Shown: in pieces, positions 45,897-55,643 of the stretch
Position numbering within the stretch: the stretch's first letter is position 1
Layout of the letters: the number at the start of each line of letters is the position of its first letter
Notes under the pieces: model-generated
The model's input: the letters and a program-made list of their open reading frames with translations, nothing else
Told to the model about the DNA's origin: nothing
Database searches by the model: none
Translations under genes and position numbers: made by a program
Source of the DNA: Candidatus Nitrospinota bacterium M3_3B_026
GTDB lineage: Bacteria > Nitrospinota_A > UBA7883 > JBPRGF01
Direction of reading: 5' to 3'
Length of the DNA stretch: 64,000 bases
Assembly (NCBI GenBank): GCA_051418015.1
Contig: JBPRGF010000019.1
Coordinates: forward strand, 1 to 64,000

Positions 45897-47078
45897 CTAG
45901 ATGATCTCCAGCCTCGCGTCCAGCGCCCCTGCGGCTTTAAGTGTTTGAAAAATCGTTATTAAATCGTGCGGCGTAACCCCCATGGCGTTCAGCGCCTTCA
46001 CCATATCTCCGATGTTCACCCCCGGGTCCATCATCATCACCCGGTCAGTTTTTCCTCCCAGCTCCTCCACCGTCAGCAGCGTCTTCGGCACGACCACCGT
46101 CTGTCCGGCGGAGAGGGGCCTGGGCTGGCTGACCTCCGCTTCCTCCTCGATCCGTATCGTCAGGTTCCCGTGGGAAATGGCCACGCGGGAGATTTTCACG
46201 TTCTCACCGATAATGACGGTCCCCGTCTTCTCGTCCACGATGACCTTGGCCTGTGAGTCCGTCTCCACCTCGAGGCTCTCTATGGCCGCCACCAGCTCCA
46301 CCTTTCTGTCGGAGTATTCCGGCGGCACGGAGACCCTGATGGTCCCGGAGTCCAGCGCCTTCGCCGTATCGGCGCCGATGGCGGTGTTTATGGCGTTGAC
46401 GGCGCGCTGGGTGGTCGTAAAATCAGGATTGTTCACGGCCAGGGTAAGCTCCGTGACCTCCGAGAAATCGAACCCCACCTCTTTTTCCACCACCGCGCCG
46501 CCCGTTATCCGCGCCACGGTGGGATGGTTTCTGGTGACGGAGGCTCGCCTCCCGCGCTCCGCGTAGGCGCCGCCGACGGAGACGGCCCCCTGGGCCACGG
46601 CGTAAATCTCGCCGTTGGGCGCCTTCAGCGGCGTCAGGATGAGCGTGCCGCCCTTCAGGCTCCCGGCGTCGCCGAGGGAGGAGACGGTCACGTCTATGCG
46701 GCTGCCCTGCCGGGCGAAGGGCGGCAGGTCGGCGGTGACCATCACCGCGGCGACGTTCTCCACCCGGACGTCGCGCAGCTGGCGCACGTCCGACACCCCC
46801 AGCCTGGAGTCGACGAATTTCCGCACGTCCACCGTCGTGCCCATCCGCTCCAGCATCGAAAGCAGCGTCTGTATGGTGAAAGGGGTTTTGTAGGACTTGT
46901 CGCCGGTGTTCTGCAAACCCACCACGAGGCCGTAGCCGATCAGCTGGTTGGAGCGCACGCCCTCGATCGACGCGATGTCCTTCAGCCTTGCCGCCGAGGC
47001 TGGCAGACCGGAAAAAAGCGCCGCCGCCAGGGCCGCCAAGAGCGCCGGGGCCATGATTTTCAATCCATTTCGCGTCAT
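45897..47078 (-). CDS. flgI: Flagellar P-ring protein
   Basis: RLKDIASIEGVRSNQLIGYGLVVGL, LKAAGALDARL. Confidence 0.97.
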   Translation of the reverse strand: MTRNGLKIMAPALLAALAAALFSGLPASAARLKDIASIEGVRSNQLIGYGLVVGLQNTGDKSYKTPFTIQTLLSMLERMGTTVDVRKFVDSRLGVSDVRQLRDVRVENVAAVMVTADLPPFARQGSRIDVTVSSLGDAGSLKGGTLILTPLKAPNGEIYAVAQGAVSVGGAYAERGRRASVTRNHPTVARITGGAVVEKEVGFDFSEVTELTLAVNNPDFTTTQRAVNAINTAIGADTAKALDSGTIRVSVPPEYSDRKVELVAAIESLEVETDSQAKVIVDEKTGTVIIGENVKISRVAISHGNLTIRIEEEAEVSQPRPLSAGQTVVVPKTLLTVEELGGKTDRVMMMDPGVNIGDMVKALNAMGVTPHDLITIFQTLKAAGALDARLEII

Positions 47079-47091
47079 GAGACCGTCTCCA

Positions 47092-47736
47092 TCAGAAAGG
47101 CCACAGGCTTCCCAGCACCCTCGCCAGCCAGTTCGGCCGCCTGCCGCCGTCCATGCCCCCCGCGCCGGTGTACGTTATGTCCGCGTTGGCCATCTGGGAG
47201 GACAGGAGGGTGTTGTTGTAGGTTATGTCGTCCGGGCGCGCTATGCCGCGGACGATGATGTACTGTTCCTCGTCGTTTATCTTCATCCGCCGCTGACCTT
47301 CGATCACCAGATTGCCGTTGGCCATCACCTCCCTGACGATGCAGCTTACCGTCGCCGAGAGCTGGTCGGACCGGCCCGTCTGGCCCGCGCCCTTGAACTT
47401 CACCCCGCCGCCGAGCTCCATCTCCGTCGGCGACGCCGCGCCGGTGTCGAGCTTGAGGGAGTTGTTGACGGAGTGTTCGTCGGTGGTGTTGGACTTGTTG
47501 ATGGCCGTCGTCTTCTCCACCACGTGGACGGTCACGATATCCCCCACGCGGCTTGCCTTGTTGTCGGCGAAGAGCATGTTCTTCTTGCCCCCTCCGGGCC
47601 ACAGGGAGCCTTTTTGGTAGGTCTGCTTCTCCGGCGGCGCCTCCACCTCCGGCCGCTCCGGGGGGGTGGTGGCGCACGCCGACAGGGCCAGGAGGGCCGC
47701 GGCGGCGAGGATCGCTCCGGCGTTTCGCATTCTCAT
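47092..47736 (-). CDS. flgH: Flagellar L-ring lipoprotein
   Basis: Lipobox LSAC; DNKASRVGDIVTV, NGNLVIEG, GIARPDDI. Confidence 0.95.
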   Translation of the reverse strand: MRMRNAGAILAAAALLALSACATTPPERPEVEAPPEKQTYQKGSLWPGGGKKNMLFADNKASRVGDIVTVHVVEKTTAINKSNTTDEHSVNNSLKLDTGAASPTEMELGGGVKFKGAGQTGRSDQLSATVSCIVREVMANGNLVIEGQRRMKINDEEQYIIVRGIARPDDITYNNTLLSSQMANADITYTGAGGMDGGRRPNWLARVLGSLWPF

Positions 47737-47747
47737 TTTTCCTTACC

Positions 47748-48485
47748 CTAAAACTCCACCCCCACCTCGCCGGGGCCTGTCACCCTCGCGTTGATGGTCT
47801 TGTTGGAGTCTATGTTCACGACGCGGATCCAGTCTCCCTCGTCGCCGTCCTGTCCCGCCCTGCCCAGGGCGGTTATCCTCATCGGCCCCGACGAGGCCAC
47901 GATGGTCACCACGTCCCCGGTCCGCACAAGCTTTGGGCTGGATAACCTGTTGGAAAGCAACGGGTTGCCCGCCCTGACGCTCACGTCAAGCTCCCTGCCG
48001 ACGGCCTGGCCCAGGCTCGTGACGTAGCCTGAATATCCCGCGCCGGCCCTGATCCTTTCCAGCTCGACGTCGTCAGCCTTTATCACCTCGCCCCTCTTGA
48101 GGTCGCGGGAGGCGACGGCCACCTTCATGGAGACGGACGCCTCCGCCAGGACGTTGATCCTGGCGATGTCTTTGCCGCCCCTCCTGAACGTGGCGGTGAC
48201 GAACACGCTGTTTCCCCGGCGGTTCTGGTCGGGTATTTGTATTTCGACCGCGTCGTAGCCCTCAGGCTCTTTGTATCGGTCCGGCACGACGGCTTTCACC
48301 TCCTCCACCGTCCTGTCCGGGCCTGAAAGCTCCTCGTGGAGCTTTTTTTCTATCAGCGCGGAGAGGCGGGCGGCAAATTTTTCCCGCTCCGCTTTCTCCG
48401 ACCCGCCCGCCGGGACGGGCGTGACGGCCAGGGCCGAGAGCGCGAGGAGGGCCGCAAGGGCCGCTCTCACCACGTATCCAGCCAT
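47748..48485 (-). CDS. flgA: P-ring formation chaperone
   Basis: SAF domain ASRDLKRGEVI; GRAGQDG..GDWIRVVN.DS.KTI.ARV. Confidence 0.92.
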   Translation of the reverse strand: MAGYVVRAALAALLALSALAVTPVPAGGSEKAEREKFAARLSALIEKKLHEELSGPDRTVEEVKAVVPDRYKEPEGYDAVEIQIPDQNRRGNSVFVTATFRRGGKDIARINVLAEASVSMKVAVASRDLKRGEVIKADDVELERIRAGAGYSGYVTSLGQAVGRELDVSVRAGNPLLSNRLSSPKLVRTGDVVTIVASSGPMRITALGRAGQDGDEGDWIRVVNIDSNKTINARVTGPGEVGVEF

Positions 48486-48504
48486 GATCTTTCCCCTTTT
48501 CTCA

Positions 48505-49293
48505 TCAGCGCTTCAGGTTCGACGCCTGCTGGAGCATCTCGTCCGAGGCCTGCACGGCGCGGGAGTTCACCTCGTAGCCGCGCTGGGCGATTATCATCTG
48601 CGTCAGCTCCTCCACCACGGAGACGTTTGACACCTCCAGGAAACCCTGCAGGATCGTGCCGAACTCGTTGTTTCCGGCCAGGCCCGTGATCGGGGGGCCG
48701 GAAGCCTCGGTCTCCTTGTACAGGCTCTTGCCCTCGGACAGCAGCCCGGCGGGGTTGACGAAGTTGGCAAGCTCTACCTGTCCCACCTCGTTAGGGGTGG
48801 CCGAGCCGGGCTGAAAGGCGCTGACCATACCTTCCCGGTCGATGCTGACGATCGTGGCGTCCTGTGGGATGGTGATGGACGGGTAGAGCGGATAGCCGTC
48901 GACGTTGACTATCTGGCCGTTGCTGTCGAGCTTGAAGTCGCCCGCCCGGGAGTAGGCTATCGACCCGTCGGGTTTTTCTATCTGGAAGAAGCCCTTCCCT
49001 TCTATGGCCATATCCAGCTCGTTCTGGGTGTTCCTGAAATCGCCCTGCAAAAACATCTTCGTCACGCCGGCCGGCTTCACGCCGAGGCCGACCTGTATGC
49101 CGGTGGGGACCTGGTTGCCGGTGGAGGTGATGGTCCCCGGCGCGCGCAGGGTCTGGTAGAGCAGGTCCTGGAAATCCGCCCTGCTTTTCTTGAAACCCGT
49201 GGTGTTGACGTTGGCCAGATTGTTGGCTATGACGTCCACGTTGAGCTGCTGGGCCACCATTCCCGTGGCGCCTGTGTATAGCGATCGGATCAT
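48505..49293 (-). CDS. flgG: Flagellar distal rod protein
   Basis: [37 protein letters not shown]. Confidence 0.97.
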   Translation of the reverse strand: MIRSLYTGATGMVAQQLNVDVIANNLANVNTTGFKKSRADFQDLLYQTLRAPGTITSTGNQVPTGIQVGLGVKPAGVTKMFLQGDFRNTQNELDMAIEGKGFFQIEKPDGSIAYSRAGDFKLDSNGQIVNVDGYPLYPSITIPQDATIVSIDREGMVSAFQPGSATPNEVGQVELANFVNPAGLLSEGKSLYKETEASGPPITGLAGNNEFGTILQGFLEVSNVSVVEELTQMIIAQRGYEVNSRAVQASDEMLQQASNLKR

Positions 49294-49320
49294 CTGCGTA
49301 AACCTCCAGTGAATCAGCCG

Positions 49321-50118
49321 TTACGAGGCGGCCCTTCCCACCTGCAGGATGAGCTGCGTTGTCATGTTGTCGGACTCCTGTATCGCCTTCTGGTAGGTCT
49401 CGGCGGCGCGCTGGTTCTGTATGATTCCCGTCATCTGCCGCACGATGTTGACGTTGGAGCCCTCCAGCCTGCCCTGCCACACGCGGACATCGGAGGCTGT
49501 AAGAGCGGCTTCGGGGCTCTGGGCCCGGTAGAGCCCGGAGCCCTCTTTCGTCAGCTCGTAGGGCTTTTCGAAATCGACCAGCTTGAGCCTTCCGCGGCCC
49601 TCCTGGTAGGCGACGTTTCCTTCATCTTCCCGCTGCGTCCAGATGTAGCCGTTCTCGTCGATCGTCACCGGGCCGGGCTCAAGCCCCAGGTAAACCGGCT
49701 GGTTCGCCTCGCTCAACACCATGTGGCCCTCGGAGGTGACAAGCTCTCCGCCGGGACCCACCCTGAGGCTTCCATTCCTCGTGTAGCGCTCGCCTTCGTA
49801 GGTCATCACCGCCAGGAAACCGTCCCCCTCCAGGGCGACGTCCAGCGGGTTCCCCGTCTCGCGTATGGGGCCCTGGGAGAAGTCGGAATACATATCCTTC
49901 GCCGCCACGTACTCGCTGTGGCGGGCCCGGCTGACATCCAGCGCCTTCTCCGTGGGCGCGGGGCCTGTCTTCTCGCTTTCGGCCAGGAAGGACTCGAACA
50001 CCAGCTGGTCCGCTTTGAACCCCGGCGTGCTCACGTTCGCGAGGTTGTTCGTCAGCGTGTCCAGCCTGCGCTGGGCGGCCATGGCGCCGGAGGCGGCCAC
50101 GTACATTCCCTTGTACAT
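49321..50118 (-). CDS. flgF: Flagellar proximal rod protein
   Basis: NNLANVSTPGFK, TGNPLDVAL.GDGF, YTRNG, LEGSNVN; directly upstream of flgG. Confidence 0.9.
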   Translation of the reverse strand: MYKGMYVAASGAMAAQRRLDTLTNNLANVSTPGFKADQLVFESFLAESEKTGPAPTEKALDVSRARHSEYVAAKDMYSDFSQGPIRETGNPLDVALEGDGFLAVMTYEGERYTRNGSLRVGPGGELVTSEGHMVLSEANQPVYLGLEPGPVTIDENGYIWTQREDEGNVAYQEGRGRLKLVDFEKPYELTKEGSGLYRAQSPEAALTASDVRVWQGRLEGSNVNIVRQMTGIIQNQRAAETYQKAIQESDNMTTQLILQVGRAAS

Positions 50119-50160
50119 TCTTGACGATTTCCCTGAAAAATTCGTTCGACACGGTTATGG

Positions 50161-50176
50161 AGCAAGGACGATGCCA
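50161..50176 (-). promoter_or_regulatory. Sigma54 promoter of the flgF operon
   Basis: Minus strand TGGCAT-CGTCC-TTGCT (-24 GG / -12 GC). Confidence 0.8.
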
Positions 50177-50325
50177 TAATCGGCGTTCAAATTTTTGACG
50201 CGCGGAAGGATCACGCCCGCGCCGATCCCGGGGGGCGAATACCGAGCTAGATAAGGAAGGTCCGGGAGAGGGTTTTTGGGGTCTGCGCGACGGCCATTTT
50301 TCAGCGCGGACTAAATCGCCTGCCC

Positions 50326-50370
50326 AAAAAAGAAGGAGGGTCCGGGAGAGGGTTAAAACCCTCTCCCGGA
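50326..50370 (-). terminator. Strong hairpin with T tract (terminator or REP-like unit); left part duplicated at ~50253-50274
   Basis: TCCGGGAGAGGGTT-AA-AACCCTCTCCCGGA perfect inverted repeat; a T6 run follows on the minus strand after a short gap. Confidence 0.55.
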
Positions 50371-50758
50371 TACAAGATCTAACGGATAGGGGGTTCCGCA
50401 GATCCCGTGAAGGCTTATTTACTGATTAATCATCGTGAGGGAACCATGACCTCGCTCTCGGCGAATCAGCAAGATCCCCTTGGAGACTCCTCACGCTTTT
50501 ATTATACATCCTTTTACTGAAATTTAGATGCCTGCGGACCCCGCGGGATTCATTTTTCCGGCGGAGAATCCCCCGGTATTTCCGGGCTCGTTTTCGGCCG
50601 CGTCCACCGGCTTGTTATAAAAGCGGTTATTGCGGGAGAACCCGCGGGGACGGCCGCCGCGGGAAAAATACAAGAAGTGGAAAATTTCCCCGAAGATGTT
50701 AACATCTAACCCGCGCGCGTCGCCGATTTAAAAAAAAACAACCGGCGGATCAGGGGCC

Positions 50759-52300
50759 ATGGCAAACGTCGAAAAAGAAGGAAAAAAGGGGGACGGATTC
50801 GTCCAGAGGGCCGGGCTCGCCGCAGGCCCCGCCGCGCTCGCGGTTATCATGATATTTTTCGACCTGGACCCGGCCCGGCCGGAGGTGACGAGAACCGCCG
50901 GCGTGGCGGCGCTCATGGCGATATGGTGGATGACCGAGGCAGTCCCCCTGGCCGTCACGGCTCTTTTGCCCATGGCGCTTTTCCCGGCCCTGGGGGTCAT
51001 GAGCGGCAGGGCCGTCGCCCCGCTCTATTTCAACCACATCATCTTCCTTTTCATCGGCGGCTTCATGACGGCGCTGGCCATGCAGCGATGGAGCCTGCAC
51101 AAGCGGATAGCCCTGCGCATACTACTCGCCGTCGGGGCGAGCCCGGGCAGGGTCCTCTTCGGCTTCATGGCCGTCACGGCGTTTCTATCGATGTGGATAT
51201 CCAACACCGCCACGACCATGATGATGACCCCCATCGCCATCGCCGTGATAATGGAGATGGAGGAGCTTTCCGGAAAAGGGAACACGGAAAAGTTTTCCAT
51301 AGGGATACTGCTGGGGGTGGCCTACAGCGCATCCCTGGGCGGCATCGCCACGCTGGTGGGGACGCCGCCGAACCTCTCCTTCGCCAGGATATTCAACATA
51401 ACCTTCCCCGGCGCGCCAGAGATATCATTCGCCCAGTGGTTCATTTTCGCTTTGCCGATATCCCTCGTCTTCCTTGCGATCCTGTGGGTTCTGCTCTACC
51501 TGCTGTTCCACCCCGGAAAAGGAGAGACCCCCATAAGCTTCAAGGTCTTCAGGGAGCAATACGAGCGCCTGGGCCCGATGATATACGAAGAGAAGGTCGT
51601 CCTCGCCGTTTTCGTCCTGCTGGCGTTTTTGTGGCTTTTCCGGGCGGACATATCCATCGGCGCGGTGACGGTCCCGGGGTGGTCCCGCGTTTTCCCCGAC
51701 CCGTCATTCATCAACGACGGCGTGGTGGCGGTGGTCATGTCCACGATCCTTTTCATTATTCCGGCGAAAAGCGGCGGCGCGGCCAGGATCATGGACTGGG
51801 AGACGGCGGAGAAGCTGCCCTGGGGCATCGTGCTGCTTTTTGGAGGCGGGTTCGCCCTGGCCAGCGGGTTCAAGGAATCGGGCCTTTCCATGTGGCTCGG
51901 GGGAAGGCTGGAGGGCGTGAGCGCCCTGGACCCGCTCCTCATCGTCGCCGCCATCTGCTTTTTGCTGACGTTTCTCACAGAGCTTACGTCGAACACGGCC
52001 ACGGCGGAGATGCTCCTGCCCGTGCTGGGGGCGCTGGCGGTGGCTGTGAAGGTCAATCCCCTGTTGCTGATGATCCCCGGAACGCTGGCCTGTTCCTGCG
52101 CATTCATGCTCCCCGTCGCCACTCCGCCGAACGCCATAGTCTTCGGCAGCGGAAGGCTGAGAGTGGCCGACATGGCGAAGGCGGGCATTTTGTTTAACCT
52201 TATCGGGGTTGTTCTCATCACCGCGGGGGTCTACCTGCTCGGCGGGGCGGTTTTCGATATCGACCTTGGACGGTTCCCGGATTGGGCGGCGGACCGCTGA
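50759..52300 (+). CDS. SLC13/DASS sodium:dicarboxylate or sulfate symporter
   Basis: WWMTEAVPL, SMWISNTATT, GTPPN, ELTSNTAT, FMLPVATPPNAIV. Confidence 0.95.
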   Translation: MANVEKEGKKGDGFVQRAGLAAGPAALAVIMIFFDLDPARPEVTRTAGVAALMAIWWMTEAVPLAVTALLPMALFPALGVMSGRAVAPLYFNHIIFLFIGGFMTALAMQRWSLHKRIALRILLAVGASPGRVLFGFMAVTAFLSMWISNTATTMMMTPIAIAVIMEMEELSGKGNTEKFSIGILLGVAYSASLGGIATLVGTPPNLSFARIFNITFPGAPEISFAQWFIFALPISLVFLAILWVLLYLLFHPGKGETPISFKVFREQYERLGPMIYEEKVVLAVFVLLAFLWLFRADISIGAVTVPGWSRVFPDPSFINDGVVAVVMSTILFIIPAKSGGAARIMDWETAEKLPWGIVLLFGGGFALASGFKESGLSMWLGGRLEGVSALDPLLIVAAICFLLTFLTELTSNTATAEMLLPVLGALAVAVKVNPLLLMIPGTLACSCAFMLPVATPPNAIVFGSGRLRVADMAKAGILFNLIGVVLITAGVYLLGGAVFDIDLGRFPDWAADR

Positions 52301-52417
52301 AAAACGGGCGCGCCGCGCCTTATCCGGCAAGCATAAAAACCTCGGGAAGCTTCCATATATTTTCATCTATACCAGCATAACAGATTCTTATTTTTACGTT
52401 TTTCTGAAAAAAAATTC

Positions 52418-52446
52418 TTGACTTCGAAACTTCATCCAAATAATAT
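52418..52446 (+). promoter_or_regulatory. Sigma70-like promoter of the porin gene
   Basis: TTGACT-17 bp-TAATAT. Confidence 0.6.
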
Positions 52447-52554
52447 TCGTCCTCATCGGATTCCTGCTCTTCTTTGATGAGGCAGGAAGAGGAGGGTGTT
52501 TTTAAGGGGCATTATTCAAACGAGGCGTATCACTAAGAGGAGAGGATTGTCAAA

Positions 52555-53670
52555 ATGAGAAAAACCAGCAAAGCTTTATTGATGGCGGCGGCCATGGTGG
52601 CGGCCATCGCGTTCAGCTCGGCGCCCGCGCAGGCGTACGAGGTCAACAGCGACCACAAGATTTTCGGCCTCGGCCAGGTCTGGGTCGTCCTTAGCGAGGA
52701 CGCCAGGAACGAGGCCAAAGCCGCCGACGGCAGCGACGGTCAGGACACGGCCTTCGGCTTCAAGGCCAAGCGGTTCCGTTTCGGGTTCAAAGGCAACATG
52801 CTTGACGGGCTGGTCGGGTACAAGATCCAGACCGAGTTCGCCGGCTCCTCTGCGGGGCTGAAGGACTACATCATGACCCTCAACCCCGGCGCGGCCAGCA
52901 TCGCGGTCGGTCAGTTCAAGCCTTACACGAACTACGACGCCCTGCGCAGCGCCTCCAAGCTCAAGAACATCGAGCGCGCGATGGCCATGAAGAGCACCGC
53001 CAGCGGTTTCTTCGTGGACAACAACAGCTTCCGTGACCTCGGCGTCTCCCTGAAGCTGAAGAACCTTGGCCCGGCGACGCTGTTGATCTCCGCGACCAAC
53101 GGCACCGGCGCCGGCTCGGCCAGGGACGTCGGCGGCTCCATCAGCAGCGGCGCGGTCTTCGCCAACGCGGCGGGCGACGCGGCCTACGGCGTGGGCGTTA
53201 TCGTGAAGCTGGCCGGCGGCATGGTCCGCGTGAACGGCTCCTACATGATGAACAAGCACGACAACTTCGTGACCAAGGGCGACAAGAGCACAGCGGCTGA
53301 CGTCAACCGCTCGCTCATGTCCGCCGGGTTTGAAGTTGACCTGAAGAACGTCGGCCTGTGGATCGACGGCGAGTACGCCGCGCTGACCTCCGACGACGAG
53401 GACTACCAGCTCGGCGGCTCCGAGGTCTCCGGCTACTATGCCCGCGCGGGCTTCTGGGCCATGCCCAAGGCTCTCGAGGTCGTGGCCCGCTACGAGAACC
53501 AGGACAACAAGCCCAATGGCGGGGACACCGTCTCCACCTCGCAGATCACGGCCGGTGTGAACTACTACATCGACAAGAACTTCAAGGCTCAGCTCGAGTA
53601 CGCCGCGCGCGACTACGAGGAGGGTGATGACGACAACACCATCAGGGCCAACCTCCAGGTGAAGTTCTAG
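52555..53670 (+). CDS. Outer-membrane porin (OprO/P-like)
   Basis: Signal peptide; F..KRFRFGFKG, VGQFK, RDLG, GVNYY; C-terminal QVKF. Confidence 0.85.
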   Translation: MRKTSKALLMAAAMVAAIAFSSAPAQAYEVNSDHKIFGLGQVWVVLSEDARNEAKAADGSDGQDTAFGFKAKRFRFGFKGNMLDGLVGYKIQTEFAGSSAGLKDYIMTLNPGAASIAVGQFKPYTNYDALRSASKLKNIERAMAMKSTASGFFVDNNSFRDLGVSLKLKNLGPATLLISATNGTGAGSARDVGGSISSGAVFANAAGDAAYGVGVIVKLAGGMVRVNGSYMMNKHDNFVTKGDKSTAADVNRSLMSAGFEVDLKNVGLWIDGEYAALTSDDEDYQLGGSEVSGYYARAGFWAMPKALEVVARYENQDNKPNGGDTVSTSQITAGVNYYIDKNFKAQLEYAARDYEEGDDDNTIRANLQVKF

Positions 53671-53694
53671 GACGTTTGCTTTACGTTTTCAGCG

Positions 53695-53729
53695 GGGGCC
53701 CGGCCGCGAAGGCCGGGCCCCTTTTTTTT
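53695..53729 (+). terminator. Intrinsic terminator after the porin gene
   Basis: GGGGCCCGGCC-gcgaa-GGCCGGGCCCC followed by T8. Confidence 0.9.
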
Positions 53730-53798
53730 GTCATGGCCGCTGGGGCGGGTGTGATATATTAACCGACTTTGATGACCTTCTCGAATGAGCCACCAAGC

Positions 53799-55634
53799 AT
53801 GAGAGTGAAAAGGCTCCAGCGGCTTGCCGTTCACGCCGCGGTTCTGGCCGTGGCCGTGTCGCTTGTCCACCCTGGCCCGCGGGAAGCCGGCGCCGCCTCC
53901 ACCGAATCCGCCGCGATGATGGCCGAGTCGGCGCTTGAAAAACTGAAGCCCCGCATGATCCCGCCCAGGGGCGCCGTGGCGGCGGTGAAGGACGGGACTG
54001 TCTACATCAGCAACGAGGCAGGCGCGGCGGTCGAGCAGGGGAGGGTCCTGACGATCGTCCGCGAGACGGAGACCATAACCCATCCCGTCACCGGTGAAAA
54101 GCTCGGGACGATAGAGGAGAACGCCGGCGCCGTTCGCGTCGTCTCCGCCGATGACAGGCTCATCACCGCCGAGGTCCTCCCGGGCGGTGGGCCGATCCGC
54201 GAGGGCGACAGGGTCAAGGCCGGGTCCGGGTCCGCTCTCCGCGTGGTTATCGCCCCCGCCTTTTCGCTCCAGTCCCTGGACGGCTCCGCGCTCGCCGAAA
54301 ATATCCGCGGCGTGATAGGGAAATGGGAAGGCGTCCAGCCCGTCAGCGTTTACGTGGTCGAACGTTTCCTGCACGACGAGGGGATAGATGGATACCGGGC
54401 GCTTGCCGACCCCTCCCGCTTCCCATCGCTCAAGAGCCGCCTCGGGGCGGACTACCTGATCCTGCTAGAGATCAGGGAGGAGAATGAGGCCGTCCTGATG
54501 GACGCGTCGCTTTTCGATCTTGGCGATGGGCGTAAGGTGGCGTCCAGCAAGGGGTTTGCGAAGAAAACCGCCGCCCCCGCCCCGGCGCCGCCCGCCGAAA
54601 AGAGGCCCCGCAAGGAGGCGGAGGCGCAGCGTCCCCCTTCCAGGGCCGAGACGATGATCCCCGCCGGCTCCAGGGCCAGGACGTTGCGCAGGTTCGACGG
54701 CAGGATCACCGCCCTCGCCGCGGACGACCTTGACGGCGACGGGGAAAAGGAGATCATCGCCGGGTTCGACGGCAGGGTCGCGGTCTACGAGTTCGACGGG
54801 GAGCGCCTCGAACTGTCCTGGGAGAAAAAGCTCGAAAGCGGTTTCCAGGTCGTCGGCCTTCAGGCCGTGGACGCCGCCGGCGACGGCGTTGTGGAGGTTT
54901 ACGTGAACAGCGTCTTTTCCAACAGGGTGAGCTCTTTCATATTCGAGCGCGGCGGGAGCGGGGCGTATGGCGTGACCCGCGAGGGTCTGAACTATCTTTT
55001 CTACGCTGGGGAGGACGGCCGGCTTTACGGCCAGAGGCAGAACGCCGACAACGGCCTCAAACAGAAAATCCTCGCCCTCGGCTGGAAAGGCGGCTCGCTG
55101 ACCTCCGAGCCGTTTCTCGACATACCGGACAAGAGCAGGCTCAGCGGCATACACGTCCTGGACATAGACAACGACGGCCGCATGGACGCCGCCGGGTTCG
55201 ACTACCAGCACAGCCTCGTCTATTACTCCAGCCGGATAGGGGACTGGGTGAAAACGCCCGGAGAATACGGCGGCTCGAACATGACCATAACCGTGGCGGG
55301 CATAGGCGATGTCGACACATACCACCAGTTCCAGCCCGCCCTCGCCGCGCTGCCGGGCGAAGGGGAATACAAAAGCCTGCTCGCGGTGAAAAACGAGGCG
55401 AGGGTGCGTTTCACCAGCTCCGAGACTTTCACAAGGTCCCGGGTGGCCCTCCTGGCCCACGACGGGATGGCTTACTACGAGAAGGCGGTGACACCGAAAA
55501 CCGCCGGAGTGATAAACGGCGCCGCCGTCCTGAACCCCGCGGACCCGGCGCTCGCGCTTATAGGCAGGAGCCAGACCTCGTTCCTGGGGCCGGACAAGTC
55601 CGAGCTTATTCTCGTGAACCTTGACCGCTACTGA
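53799..55634 (+). CDS. Exported FG-GAP/VCBS-repeat protein
   Basis: Signal-like N-terminus; HPVTGEKLG segment; DLDGDGEKEI, DAAGDGVVEV, DIDNDGRMD repeats; start uncertain. Confidence 0.8.
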   Translation: MRVKRLQRLAVHAAVLAVAVSLVHPGPREAGAASTESAAMMAESALEKLKPRMIPPRGAVAAVKDGTVYISNEAGAAVEQGRVLTIVRETETITHPVTGEKLGTIEENAGAVRVVSADDRLITAEVLPGGGPIREGDRVKAGSGSALRVVIAPAFSLQSLDGSALAENIRGVIGKWEGVQPVSVYVVERFLHDEGIDGYRALADPSRFPSLKSRLGADYLILLEIREENEAVLMDASLFDLGDGRKVASSKGFAKKTAAPAPAPPAEKRPRKEAEAQRPPSRAETMIPAGSRARTLRRFDGRITALAADDLDGDGEKEIIAGFDGRVAVYEFDGERLELSWEKKLESGFQVVGLQAVDAAGDGVVEVYVNSVFSNRVSSFIFERGGSGAYGVTREGLNYLFYAGEDGRLYGQRQNADNGLKQKILALGWKGGSLTSEPFLDIPDKSRLSGIHVLDIDNDGRMDAAGFDYQHSLVYYSSRIGDWVKTPGEYGGSNMTITVAGIGDVDTYHQFQPALAALPGEGEYKSLLAVKNEARVRFTSSETFTRSRVALLAHDGMAYYEKAVTPKTAGVINGAAVLNPADPALALIGRSQTSFLGPDKSELILVNLDRY

Positions 55635-55643
55635 GCTCGAGGA

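Noticed and set aside
50180..50758. c-di-GMP riboswitch or 6S RNA
   Set aside because: Consensus features were not recognisable by eye; kept only as an unclassified RNA candidate
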